The notes: generated by a model from the sequence alone, not told the origin. Positions 16,282 through 25,056 are shown, counted from the stretch's first letter. The stretch: 54,532 nt of DNA from Candidatus Aenigmatarchaeota archaeon (GCA_016933455.1 JAFGAZ010000001.1:1-54532), one strand, 5' to 3'. Numbers and translations: made by a program.

Positions 16282-17817
16282 TTACGCACCCAAAAATTTC
16301 CTTATTGAAGGGGGTATGTCGTCGCCATGCTGCTGCATTATCTGCTCGTATAGCTGATAGATTATCATTACAGTAAGCAAAAGACCTGTTCCAGAACCTA
16401 TGGCCGATGTCAAGTCCGCAAAGGTTGCAAGGAATCCAACAAACGCTCCTCCCAAAACAGTGAGAGCGGGTATGTAGCGGTTTAGGACCTTTTCGAATAT
16501 TCTAGGGTCGTGCCTAAAGCCTGGAATCATTATGGAGTATGACTTGAACTGCTCTGCAACGGACTTGGCATCCATGCTTGCAGTGCTTGTCCAGAATACG
16601 GAAAATATAACAGACGAAACTATGTAGACTGACATGTAGGTTATCGCCCTAACTATTGTTGTGGTCGATATAGTTGAAATGTTGAAGATTGTTATTAGCA
16701 AGTAGCCAAAAACAAGTCCTAACAAAGCCCCTGCAATTGCCATTCTCTTGGTGTACTTTTTGAGGTACTTTATTGACAAGATGGCAAAAGACAATGCCAA
16801 AACGCTTGCAAGAACTGTCATTATGATAAGGCCCACCTCACCGGAAGGTGCGGACAGATAATACATGAGCCCGCCGGATATGTTGCCGTCAGCATCATAT
16901 GTTCCAAGTATTGTTATGCCCCTTTGGAAAAGCATCTTGCCCATAATCTGCATATTGGCAAGAACAGCAGCTGTTAGTATGACTGGTATGTTTGATGTAT
17001 ACAGGAACTTTAGCGGCCATCTTCTGGCAGCGAACTTGCCAAAGGGCATGGAGAATGCCATAGGCACCTCGACTCTAACATCCATTATGTAAACTGTTAG
17101 TATGAAAACAACAAGAGTTGAAACAAGGGGCAAAAGCGAGATGAACGCAGGGTTTCCCTCGATGAAAGATGCTATAAAGCCGGGTATTATGCCTGCAGGC
17201 AAATCGCCAATGCTAAGGTCTGGTATGCCTCCTGTCTGGCTTAGCGGGTTGAAGGTTCTAAGCATTATGGTCTTGGCAACACCTGCTGCGATGAAAAGCG
17301 AAACTCCCGAACCAAAGCCCCATTTTGATACAACCTCGTCCATGTACATGACGACTATACCACCAATAGTTAGCTGAAATATTACGAATGAAACAGTGAA
17401 CATGTCAGGGCTTGCCGGTGGAACAGCCCCTGCCACAACGTATGCTATGCCCTCGATAAGACAAAAGGCAATTGTCATTAATTTTTGCGCTGCGCCGAAC
17501 TTTCTTTTGCCGTCTTCTGTTGACTGGTCCCAGTTTATTATGCCAGATCCGACAATTAATTGCAGAATTATAGAAGACGTAACTATGGGTCCGATACCAA
17601 GCGTTATTATAGAACCGAATTTTGAACCGAAAACAATTTCCAGAAACTCGAATTGGGCAACTGCATCAGAGTTTATGCCCCATATGCTTATGGAACCTAA
17701 AACAAAGAACATTACAAGTATTATCAGCGTCCATTTGGCCTTTTCCTTGAAAGAAAGCTTTTGTACGGGGCTGATGACTGTTGGAATTCTCTCTGCTAGT
17801 CCTACCCAATCAAGCAC
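16282..17817 (-). CDS. secY: Preprotein translocase subunit SecY
   Basis: 511-aa polytopic membrane protein in the conserved position after L15. N-terminal region is SecY/Sec61alpha-like (P.V..P.....FKEK..WT). Confidence 0.93.
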   Translation of the reverse strand: MLDWVGLAERIPTVISPVQKLSFKEKAKWTLIILVMFFVLGSISIWGINSDAVAQFEFLEIVFGSKFGSIITLGIGPIVTSSIILQLIVGSGIINWDQSTEDGKRKFGAAQKLMTIAFCLIEGIAYVVAGAVPPASPDMFTVSFVIFQLTIGGIVVMYMDEVVSKWGFGSGVSLFIAAGVAKTIMLRTFNPLSQTGGIPDLSIGDLPAGIIPGFIASFIEGNPAFISLLPLVSTLVVFILTVYIMDVRVEVPMAFSMPFGKFAARRWPLKFLYTSNIPVILTAAVLANMQIMGKMLFQRGITILGTYDADGNISGGLMYYLSAPSGEVGLIIMTVLASVLALSFAILSIKYLKKYTKRMAIAGALLGLVFGYLLITIFNISTISTTTIVRAITYMSVYIVSSVIFSVFWTSTASMDAKSVAEQFKSYSIMIPGFRHDPRIFEKVLNRYIPALTVLGGAFVGFLATFADLTSAIGSGTGLLLTVMIIYQLYEQIMQQHGDDIPPSIRKFLGA

Positions 17818-18223
17818 TCTCTATCACCTTGCCGCCGGACTCCTCAATTTTCTGCTTTGCCTTTGCAGTTATTTTGCTTACTGTTATGGTCAAAGGCTGG
17901 GTAAGCTTGCCCTTTGAAATGACCTTGTCAAAACCAAGCTCGGAAACATTAATCTCGGTCTTTTTCATGTTCCTTGCAATGACATCAAGTTCCCTAACCG
18001 TCACAGACATTACAACATTCTTTGCCTCGTCATTAATAATGAAACCTTTCTTTCCATAGTGGTTTGGGTCGTTTACAACCATCCAAGTCTTTTTCTGCTT
18101 GTGAAGACCTGCCTTTCCCCTTCCGCCACGAGAACCCTTTCCTCTGTGCTTTTTGGTGCTGCCATAGCCGCAGGTTCTTGTTGCTCTTTGCTTTCTTATT
18201 TTCTTGTTTCTTCTAACAACCAT
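17810..18223 (-). CDS. rpl15: 50S ribosomal protein L15 (uL15)
   Basis: RKQRATRTCGYGSTKKHRGKGSRGGRGKAG. Confidence 0.93.
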   Translation of the reverse strand: MVVRRNKKIRKQRATRTCGYGSTKKHRGKGSRGGRGKAGLHKQKKTWMVVNDPNHYGKKGFIINDEAKNVVMSVTVRELDVIARNMKKTEINVSELGFDKVISKGKLTQPLTITVSKITAKAKQKIEESGGKVIESA

Positions 18224-18648
18224 TAAATCATCCTCTTAAGCAAGGCGTTTATCTCCTTGCCCCTGTAGCCAAGCTCGCCGCCTGGATAGTGCTGCTTTAT
18301 GGATTTCTTAAAGCCCTTTGAGGGTGGTGATAATCTAAAAACTGGCTTTATTCCTTCAGGAAGCTTGCCTGTATCCTTGAGAGACTTTACAGCAGCTTCT
18401 GCCTCTTGTTTTGTAAGTCTGACATTGCCGTTCTTTCTTGCCCTTTTGGAAACAAGATGAGATAAAACTTTGTCGTCAACCTCGCCCCATGTTGACCAGT
18501 CCTTGACCTTCTGGAGCATGCCCTTGACTATGTCTGTTTCCTTCAAGACAACGCAATGCATCTTGCGATTCATCCTCATCATCTTGAAGGTGTCGTTTAC
18601 CTCGTCTCTTAGGTTTATCGATCCTCTTATTCTTATTATTGCAAACAT
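18223..18648 (-). CDS. rpl30: 50S ribosomal protein L30 (uL30)
   Basis: MFAIIRIRGSINLRDEVNDTFKMMRMNRKMHCVV. Confidence 0.92.
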   Translation of the reverse strand: MFAIIRIRGSINLRDEVNDTFKMMRMNRKMHCVVLKETDIVKGMLQKVKDWSTWGEVDDKVLSHLVSKRARKNGNVRLTKQEAEAAVKSLKDTGKLPEGIKPVFRLSPPSKGFKKSIKQHYPGGELGYRGKEINALLKRMI

Positions 18649-18649
18649 C

Positions 18650-19567
18650 TTACTCTACCTTCCCGACTATCATGCCGACGTTCTTTTCGAACTCTGGCTT
18701 TATCTTGTAAACATTAAGCTTTCTTAGCGCGCTAAAAACAGCCATGACAAAGTTTATCCTCATTTTGGTGTTGCCCCTTGACTTGCACCAAACATCACTT
18801 ATTCCTGCAAAGGACATTATCTTCTTTATCTCGTTGGAAACGCAAAGGCCTATTCCCTTTGGAGCAGGTATCAAGTTGACCTTGACAGACCCTCTCTTGC
18901 CGTTAACAGTGAAAGGTATCGAGTGCTTTGCACCGCACAAGCATTCCCACGAACCACAGCCTCTTGCTATGGGTATTATGTTGAGCTTTGCCTTGTCTGT
19001 GGCTTTTTGTATGGCTTCCCTGTGCTTTCCTGCAGGGCTTGCTGCCATGCCCACTCCGACATAGCCGTTCTTGTTGCCAACAACAGCCATAACAGACATC
19101 CTATACCTTCTTCCGCTCTTGTGCATCCTTGATGTTCTCTTGAAAGGCGTTCTTCTAATTCCTCCACCCTTTCCAGTAGATCCGCCTATGAATATGACGT
19201 CTTTCTCAAGACCTGGAATCAAAATGTCGACTATGGCAGGCTCGGCAATCTTAAGACCCTGCGCAAAAACCTGGTTTATGTCGGTTATCTCTCCAGACAA
19301 AACTTTCTTGCCAAGCTCTGTTTTTGGCTTCCACGTTGTGTAGTCGAACTCTTCTTTTTCTTCCCTTCTTCTTCCACCGCGTCTGCCCTTAAAGTCTCTT
19401 CTTCCGCGTCTTTCAGGCCTTTCTTCTTTTTTGTCTTCTTGTTTTGCCTCTTCTTTTGGAGCTTGCTTTTTCTCAGAAACTGCCTTCTTTTCTACAGCTT
19501 CTTTTGCAACAGGCTTTTCCTTAGCAGGGGCCTTTTCTTCTTTTTTTGTTTTATTTTCTTCTGCCAT
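18650..19567 (-). CDS. rps5: 30S ribosomal protein S5 (uS5) with ~80-aa Lys/Glu-rich N-terminal extension
   Basis: uS5 core (VVGNKNGYVGVGMA...AIQKATDKAK...) preceded by MAEENKTKKEEKAPAKEK...RRGRRDFKGRRGGRRRE. ATG at 19567; the track starts at the TTG at 19576. Confidence 0.93.
   Translation of the reverse strand: MAEENKTKKEEKAPAKEKPVAKEAVEKKAVSEKKQAPKEEAKQEDKKEERPERRGRRDFKGRRGGRRREEKEEFDYTTWKPKTELGKKVLSGEITDINQVFAQGLKIAEPAIVDILIPGLEKDVIFIGGSTGKGGGIRRTPFKRTSRMHKSGRRYRMSVMAVVGNKNGYVGVGMAASPAGKHREAIQKATDKAKLNIIPIARGCGSWECLCGAKHSIPFTVNGKRGSVKVNLIPAPKGIGLCVSNEIKKIMSFAGISDVWCKSRGNTKMRINFVMAVFSALRKLNVYKIKPEFEKNVGMIVGKVE
19448..19505. repeat. 58-nt exact repeat, copy A (inside the rps5 N-terminal extension); partner at 25639..25696
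   Basis: ctcttcttttggagcttgctttttctcagaaactgccttcttttctacagcttctttt is identical in both places. The match extends to 65 nt with one mismatch (19441..19505 vs 25632..25696). Confidence 0.9.
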
Positions 19568-19568
19568 T

Positions 19569-20060
19569 TTAACCAACTATCTTCTTTTTTACTTCCTCGA
19601 ATTTCTTAACTGTTTCCTCGGATATGTGCTTTCCCGATATCCTGTCATCCTTTGGAAGTATTTCCTCTGAATGTGGAACAATAATTCCTGCATCAACAAC
19701 TCCCTTTAATGCAGCATAGATTCTTGACCCCTTTGTTGATGTTTGCAATCCCATGTCAAGAACAGCTCCTTCTATCTTCTTTTCCTTGGCCTTCATGCCT
19801 GCCAAAAGACCTGTAAGGTAGGCTGCCGGGACATTGCCGTTCTTTGTCCAGTCGAACTTTTTGAGCTCTGTTGACGAGGCGCATGCTAGCGTCTTGTCTC
19901 CTTCTGGAATATAGTCGACAAACTGGACAGTGATGTTTGAAAGGCTCTTTCTTATTACAAGTCTTGTCTTGCCAGATTTTAGCAAGGCTAGCCTTTTCTT
20001 ATAGTCTGTTTTCTTTTGTCTCCTTCTCTTGAAGGGCATCAAGTATCTTGATCGTTTCAT
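19569..20060 (-). CDS. rpl18: 50S ribosomal protein L18 (uL18)
   Basis: FKRRRQKKTDYKKRLALLKSGKTRLVIRKSLSNITVQ. Confidence 0.93.
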   Translation of the reverse strand: MKRSRYLMPFKRRRQKKTDYKKRLALLKSGKTRLVIRKSLSNITVQFVDYIPEGDKTLACASSTELKKFDWTKNGNVPAAYLTGLLAGMKAKEKKIEGAVLDMGLQTSTKGSRIYAALKGVVDAGIIVPHSEEILPKDDRISGKHISEETVKKFEEVKKKIVG

Positions 20061-20476
20061 TTTTCTCCCTTTAGCATTTTTTTATCTTTGAGGTAGTTTG
20101 TAAGGTGCGTCTTGCTTCTAAACATTCCTCCCTTGACGAGTCTGTATAGTCTTCTGTAAACATTAGGCTCAAGCTTCTTTTGCATCTCGAGCTCCTTGAT
20201 TAGCTTCCTTTGCGGCCTTATTATCCTAAGCCACGAGCTCTTCTTGCCCCTTCTTGCCCCTTTTGAACCTTTTCTGCTTCCCATGTTCTGCTGGGTCTTT
20301 GGGCTGTTCTTGCTTTTCTTCTTTGAGGGCAGCTTCTTTATTGCCCCTTCCTTTACGAACCTTCTGATATCTCTTCTGGTTATCGCCTGCTTTACCTTTG
20401 TGTTGGTCGGGTCTATCCAAACTTTATCAACGCCGCACTTTAAAACTTTTGATGCAAGCTTTTTTTGAACATTCAT
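20057..20476 (-). CDS. rpl19e: 50S ribosomal protein L19e (eL19)
   Basis: QKKLASKVLKCGVDKVWIDP...ITRRDIR. Confidence 0.93.
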   Translation of the reverse strand: MNVQKKLASKVLKCGVDKVWIDPTNTKVKQAITRRDIRRFVKEGAIKKLPSKKKSKNSPKTQQNMGSRKGSKGARRGKKSSWLRIIRPQRKLIKELEMQKKLEPNVYRRLYRLVKGGMFRSKTHLTNYLKDKKMLKGEK

Positions 20477-20631
20477 GAAATCATCCTTTCTCTGTTTTCA
20501 GGTGAAAGCACAATGCCGAACTCGTTGAAAAAAACATTGCAACCAGGGCACACCAAAACGTCAGTGTCTTTCCTCCACGAGTTGCCTTTAACGCCGCAGT
20601 GCGGACATCTTTTTTTACCAACAAGATACAT
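20473..20631 (-). CDS. 52-aa zinc-ribbon protein (not in ORF track) wedged between rpl32e and rpl19e
   Basis: Hand translation gives MYLVGKKRCPHCGVKGNSWRKDTDVLVCPGCNVFFNEFGIVLSPENRERMIS. The ATG lies 2 nt after the L32e stop and is preceded by GGTGTGA. Its TGA overlaps the L19e ATG (ATGA). CxxC-x17-CxxC. Confidence 0.65.
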   Translation of the reverse strand: MYLVGKKRCPHCGVKGNSWRKDTDVLVCPGCNVFFNEFGIVLSPENRERMIS

Positions 20632-20633
20632 CT

Positions 20634-21080
20634 TCACACCTTTTTCTTTTCTTCCTTTTTGTCTTTAATCTTTTTTACCTCTTTGCTTTGAGCCTTTTCC
20701 TTTTTGGCTGTCTGCTTTATTGGGTTTAAAACTTTAATCTTAAGTTCGGCTGCCTTTTTCATTATCTCAAGGCCCTTTCTCTTGCCCACCTTTGACGCTA
20801 TCCTGCATGCCTGGGTTTTGGCATCAAGCTTTTCCAGCTCGCTGATAGTATATATCAGTATGTCTTCAAAGCCCGAAGGATGCAAATTCTTGACTTCTTT
20901 GGGAGAACCATAGCCAGGTCTTGGCAAAAAGCCCCTTGCCTTTTTGTGTTTTCTTAGCTTTGACTGGTTTCCTCTCGGCCTTCTCCAGCCGGTCTTGACT
21001 CTTACATGTGTCTTGTCCCCGGACCTTCTGAAAGATGGCTTTTTCCTCTTGAGCTTTGCTCTTAGCTTTATTTTCTCCAT
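20634..21080 (-). CDS. rpl32e: 50S ribosomal protein L32e (eL32) with Lys-rich C-terminal extension
   Basis: KRKKPSFRRSGDKTHVRVKTGWRRPRGNQSKLR...HPSGFEDILI. Confidence 0.92.
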   Translation of the reverse strand: MEKIKLRAKLKRKKPSFRRSGDKTHVRVKTGWRRPRGNQSKLRKHKKARGFLPRPGYGSPKEVKNLHPSGFEDILIYTISELEKLDAKTQACRIASKVGKRKGLEIMKKAAELKIKVLNPIKQTAKKEKAQSKEVKKIKDKKEEKKKV

Positions 21081-21084
21081 GAAA

Positions 21085-21609
21085 TCACTTTAACCTGAAT
21101 ATGCCGTCCTGGAAAACTCTTCTGTCCCTGTTTTTTATCTTTGTAATAATTTCCATGTTGGCTGACGTTTGTCCAACGTCCTCTTTGTTTATTCCTGTAA
21201 CAATTATCTCGTCGCCCTTAACTTCGACCTTGCAGTCGCCGACTATTGTGGTCTTTCTGGGCTTTTTTTCTCCCAAAAAGTTGTTGATCAAAATGTCTTT
21301 TCCCTCTATCTTTATTGTGAACGGAAAGTGCATGTAAACCATCTTCATCTTTATCGTATAGCCGCTGGTTAGACCCTCGAACATGTTCTTGATGTGCGAC
21401 TCTATTGTTCCAATCATTGCCCCGACCTTTTTTCTCTTCGAGTCAGTGGAAATAATTATCTGCTTGCCGTCTTTCTTCAATACTATGTCCTTTTTGAAAA
21501 GCGGGCTGTAAAAGTCCCTTTCCAAGGTTCCCTTGGGACCCTTTACAGTAGTCTTGAATTTCTCTATGCTAACTTCCATGTTCTCTGGTATGACGATAGT
21601 TTTTTCCAT
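21085..21609 (-). CDS. rpl6: 50S ribosomal protein L6 (uL6)
   Basis: IPENMEVSIEKFKTTVKGPKGTLERDF. The ATG at 21609 is preceded by GTGATAAAA, and the GTG inside that SD is the track start. Confidence 0.93.
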   Translation of the reverse strand: MEKTIVIPENMEVSIEKFKTTVKGPKGTLERDFYSPLFKKDIVLKKDGKQIIISTDSKRKKVGAMIGTIESHIKNMFEGLTSGYTIKMKMVYMHFPFTIKIEGKDILINNFLGEKKPRKTTIVGDCKVEVKGDEIIVTGINKEDVGQTSANMEIITKIKNRDRRVFQDGIFRLK

Positions 21610-21617
21610 TTTTATCA

Positions 21618-22004
21618 CTAGTAAACATATCCGAGCAGCGTTCCGCCGAGGTTGTTTTTCTTTGCCTCGGAGTGAAGCATAAGGCCCTTTGATGTTGAAA
21701 CGATTATGAATCCCATGCCTGCAGCAGGAAGGTATCTCTTCTCGAATTTTTCATAGTCCTCGACCTTTGCATAGTGCCTTGGCCTTATGGCGCTGCAGTT
21801 GTTTATTTTTCCAATGAGCTGTATGCTAAATCTACCGCCCATGTTGTCGTCAACGTACTCAAAGTCCCCGACATAGTTGTGCTTTTGCAGTATCAGCAAT
21901 ATGCCCTTGACCAGCTTTGATGCTGGCGTGTTTGCCCTGCTCTTTCCGGACTTGTCGCCGTTCTTTATTGCAGACATTACGTCTGAAAGTATATCGAATC
22001 TCAT
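21618..22004 (-). CDS. rps8: 30S ribosomal protein S8 (uS8)
   Basis: MRFDILSDVMSAIKNGDK...GGTLLGYVY. The ATG at 22004 is preceded by GTGATAATT. An alternative GTG start lies at 22013. Confidence 0.93.
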   Translation of the reverse strand: MRFDILSDVMSAIKNGDKSGKSRANTPASKLVKGILLILQKHNYVGDFEYVDDNMGGRFSIQLIGKINNCSAIRPRHYAKVEDYEKFEKRYLPAAGMGFIIVSTSKGLMLHSEAKKNNLGGTLLGYVY

Positions 22005-22009
22005 AATTA

Positions 22010-22162
22010 TCACGAATATTTTTTAAAGCCGAGCTCCTTTGCAATTTCCCTAAAACACTGCCTGCAGTACAAAAGGCCGTACCTTCTTATCAGCCCGCCC
22101 TTTCTGCCGCAGCGTCTGCAAACCCTGCTTCCTCTTCCGATTTTTCTTTCTTTTTTCTCCAT
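22010..22162 (-). CDS. rps14: 30S ribosomal protein S14 (uS14, zinc-binding type); not in ORF track (50 aa)
   Basis: Hand translation gives [50 protein letters not shown]. It is preceded by GGTGATTTGAT and sits in the canonical position between L5 and S8. Confidence 0.93.
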   Translation of the reverse strand: MEKKERKIGRGSRVCRRCGRKGGLIRRYGLLYCRQCFREIAKELGFKKYS

Positions 22163-22163
22163 A

Positions 22164-22526
22164 TCAAATCACCAATAGCGCGCATTTGTTGTTTATGCAA
22201 GCGCATGTCATGTCAGTTGTTCTGTTAATCTCAGGGCATTCTATCTCAAGTGTGAGCCCTGTCTTGCTCTCTATAACTGAATTATACTCTTGTACAAAGT
22301 TCTTGTTGACGCAAACCTCAACGCCGCCCATGTTTGCTGGGCATGCCGAGCCTTTGAACTTGAAGCAGTCGTCAACATCATCGCATGCAACAAAGCGCTC
22401 TTCTGGTTCTACATAGTCTGTGTACGAATATTCATATTTCTCTTCTTCCTTTACACTCAGTTCCTGGATAACAAACACTATGCCTATTGCGATGAGCATT
22501 ATTGAAATCAAAGTGACATTGGTCAT
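22164..22526 (-). CDS. Membrane-anchored Cys-rich 120-aa protein of unknown function inserted in the spc ribosomal operon
   Basis: N-terminal [19 protein letters not shown] and an acidic linker, with 8 Cys in the remaining ~75 aa. The ATG overlaps the L5 stop (ATGA), and the stop is 1 nt from the S14 ATG. Confidence 0.7.
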   Translation of the reverse strand: MTNVTLISIMLIAIGIVFVIQELSVKEEEKYEYSYTDYVEPEERFVACDDVDDCFKFKGSACPANMGGVEVCVNKNFVQEYNSVIESKTGLTLEIECPEINRTTDMTCACINNKCALLVI

Positions 22527-23023
22527 ACTATTTCGACCTTAAAGTTTTTGGTGACCCATTCGCGGGCCTCTTCCGGCTTTATCGTGTGCTTCTTGCCGAC
22601 CTTTGAAGACAGCTTCTTTCTCTTGACGCTAAAACCTGGCCTTTCAAGGGTAACGCAAACATCCATGCCCCATATTCCAATGTCTGGATCGTATTCTATT
22701 CCAGGCATGTCTATGTGCTCTTTTATGCCGAATGAAAAATTACCAGTAGCATCAAAAACCCTTTTGGCAAGCTTGTTTTCAACTGCCTCGAATGCCTTTG
22801 CCAAAAAGTCCATTGCGTCCTTTCCCCTCAAAGTTACCTTGCAGCCTATTGGCCTTCCCTTTGCAGACCCGAAAGTCGTCCTGTTGCTGGTCTTTGTAAT
22901 CACTATTTTTTTGCCTGTTAGCTGGCCTAGCAAATCCTTGGCCTTGTCTAGCCTTTCACCTGCTTCGCCGCAGCCTATGTTTACAGTCACTTTTTCTATC
23001 CTGATGTTTCTCATTGCGTTCAT
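22523..23023 (-). CDS. rpl5: 50S ribosomal protein L5 (uL5)
   Basis: MRNIRIEKVTVNIGCGEAG...GIEYDPDIGIWGMDVCVTL. Preceded by GTGATTAT. Confidence 0.94.
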   Translation of the reverse strand: MNAMRNIRIEKVTVNIGCGEAGERLDKAKDLLGQLTGKKIVITKTSNRTTFGSAKGRPIGCKVTLRGKDAMDFLAKAFEAVENKLAKRVFDATGNFSFGIKEHIDMPGIEYDPDIGIWGMDVCVTLERPGFSVKRKKLSSKVGKKHTIKPEEAREWVTKNFKVEIV

Positions 23024-23027
23024 ATAA

Positions 23028-23693
23028 TCACTCTAATTTTATGATGGGCGCGTCCTTGCCCACAACGACAACAAGGTTCTTTGGTATCTCAAAAAGCTCG
23101 CCGTTGTCTAGCCACAGCCTTTCCTTTTCTATTGTCTTTATCTTGGCCATCTTGCCCGCGTTGCGTCCCTTTACAACAAGCACAGTCGAGCCCTTCTCGA
23201 ACTTGAGGTGGTCGACTATCTTTTGCTCAGGCAGCTCTAAAACTATGGAATCTAAAGTAGAATATTTTTTGTCTGCCAAAATGTTTCTTCCGTCAGCCAA
23301 ATTTAGCTGGTTCTTGTTTCCCTTGAGCGTCTTCTTGTCAACTATCTTGCATATCTTGATTTTCGATTCGCTCTCTGGTATTTCGATAAAGCTAATACCA
23401 TTGTTTGGCACAGCTCTCCAGAACTTTTTCATCAAAGGAATCTCTATAACATCAAATAGTCCAACACCGTACCTGGGGTCTTTTCTCTTCTTCTTGTCAA
23501 CAAGCACATGACCCTCTTTGATTATCTTCCTGGCTTCTGTGTTGGTCTCTGCTATTTTGAGCACGTCCCTTACCAGGACTAGCAAAGGCAGGGAGAATTC
23601 CTTTGAATGGGAACCTCTAACCGCGATTACGAATTTGCTTGTCTTTCTTTCTATTGGCCACCATCTAGGCGCTGACATTCTTTTTAGCTTCAT
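23028..23693 (-). CDS. rps4e: 30S ribosomal protein S4e (eS4)
   Basis: KRMSAPRWWPIERKTSKFV...PLLVLVRDVLKIAET..EARKI. Confidence 0.93.
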   Translation of the reverse strand: MKLKRMSAPRWWPIERKTSKFVIAVRGSHSKEFSLPLLVLVRDVLKIAETNTEARKIIKEGHVLVDKKKRKDPRYGVGLFDVIEIPLMKKFWRAVPNNGISFIEIPESESKIKICKIVDKKTLKGNKNQLNLADGRNILADKKYSTLDSIVLELPEQKIVDHLKFEKGSTVLVVKGRNAGKMAKIKTIEKERLWLDNGELFEIPKNLVVVVGKDAPIIKLE

Positions 23694-24045
23694 TCTTTAC
23701 ACCCTTTCTTTTTATTCTCTTGCCATCATCCATGGCAGGATTAACTATGAGCAAATTGCAAGGCCTTATGGGCACGGCAACTTCCTCACCTGAAACTTTT
23801 TTCGTCTTTACATTTTCCATGTAAACCTTAAGTCTCTTTATGTTGACTTTGGAAATCTTGCCAACAGTCCCTTTGAACTTGCCTTTCATAACCTTTACCT
23901 CATCGCCCTTTCTAACAGGCAATGACCTTTTGCCGACTATCTTTCTTGCGTCCTTTGACAAGTGTGCTGCAAGCATCTTGTGCTTTGTATGCAAAGGTGC
24001 CTGATATATTGCCTTTCTTTGTTTGCTAGGTTTTTTTGTTACCAT
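23665..24045 (-). CDS. rpl24: 50S ribosomal protein L24 (uL24)
   Basis: PSKQRKAIYQAPLHTKHKM...VRKGDEVKVMKGKFKGTVGKISKV (KOW). Confidence 0.93.
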   Translation of the reverse strand: MVTKKPSKQRKAIYQAPLHTKHKMLAAHLSKDARKIVGKRSLPVRKGDEVKVMKGKFKGTVGKISKVNIKRLKVYMENVKTKKVSGEEVAVPIRPCNLLIVNPAMDDGKRIKRKGVKNEAKKNVSA

Positions 24046-24443
24046 TATACCACCATGCTCGCTATCTTGCCTACCATCGAGAACCTCTCCACGACTTCCT
24101 TTGCTATGGGTCCCTTAATCTTGGTTCCCCTTGGCTCTCCCTTTTCGTTGATAAGAACAGCAGCATTGTCCTCGAACTTTATTCTCAGTCCGTTTTTTCT
24201 TCTGTATTCTTTTCTTTGTCTTACGATGACACCGAAAACAACCTGGTGCTTCATCTTTGGGTCTCCTTGCTTTACAGCGCACATGACCCAGCTTCCAACT
24301 CCGCAAGGTGGCGTTCTTGTCTTTACGCCATGGTATCCCTTTACGGATATTATCTGAAGCATGCCAGCTCCGCTATTGTCTGCGCAGTCTATGTAGCTGC
24401 CTACCTGCAGACCCTTTGTCACCTTGGCTGAAATTGGCTTCAT
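24045..24443 (-). CDS. rpl14: 50S ribosomal protein L14 (uL14)
   Basis: GLQVGSYIDCADNSGAGMLQIISVKGY. Confidence 0.94.
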   Translation of the reverse strand: MKPISAKVTKGLQVGSYIDCADNSGAGMLQIISVKGYHGVKTRTPPCGVGSWVMCAVKQGDPKMKHQVVFGVIVRQRKEYRRKNGLRIKFEDNAAVLINEKGEPRGTKIKGPIAKEVVERFSMVGKIASMVV

Positions 24444-24775
24444 TTTACTACCTCAATAACAACGAACTTTTTGGTTTTGGAAAGCGGCCTGCACTCTGCT
24501 ATTCTAACTGTGTCGCCCTTCTTGGCACTGATGCAAAGCGGGCAGTATGCAGCGACCCTTCCGTTCCTTCTCTCGTATCTCTCGTACTTTGTCATGTAAT
24601 TATGATAGTCCCATCTAACAATAACTGTCTTCGATGCCTTTGCGCTTTCCACAACGCCCTTTAGCACAAGCTTCCTAACTGGCAATGTGCCGTGCCATGG
24701 GCATTTCAAATCTTCGCAAACGCCTTCTGGAGGCTTTGCCTCAATTCCTATGTTTCTTGTTTTTTGTTTCACCAT
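24440..24775 (-). CDS. rps17: 30S ribosomal protein S17 (uS17)
   Basis: CEDLKCPWHGTLPVRKLVLKGVVESAKASKTVIV. Confidence 0.93.
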   Translation of the reverse strand: MVKQKTRNIGIEAKPPEGVCEDLKCPWHGTLPVRKLVLKGVVESAKASKTVIVRWDYHNYMTKYERYERRNGRVAAYCPLCISAKKGDTVRIAECRPLSKTKKFVVIEVVK

Positions 24776-25056
24776 TTTTTCACCTTGAGTTTTATCCTGT
24801 CTTCCGGTTTTGCTATTATTCTTTTGCCGTCAACCTTTACTCTTTTTCCATCCGGAATCTTAAATATGAACTGCGTCCCCTTTTTTTGTATTCTCTTTGG
24901 GCCGTCGCATGTTTCTATCGTAAGCATGTTCTTTGTCTCGTCAACAACAACTCCGCTTTTTCCCTTGTTTGTTTTGTTCGTGCTTTCAAAAACCTCGACA
25001 TCAAGACCTATTAGCTCATGACGTATCAGGTTTTTTTCTGAAATCATATCATTCAA
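24769..25056 (-). CDS. rnp1: RNase P protein component 1 (Rpp29/Pop4)
   Basis: HELIGLDVEVFESTNKTNKGKSGVVVDETKNMLTIE, in the conserved position between SUI1/L29 and S17. Confidence 0.85.
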   Translation of the reverse strand: MNDMISEKNLIRHELIGLDVEVFESTNKTNKGKSGVVVDETKNMLTIETCDGPKRIQKKGTQFIFKIPDGKRVKVDGKRIIAKPEDRIKLKVKKW

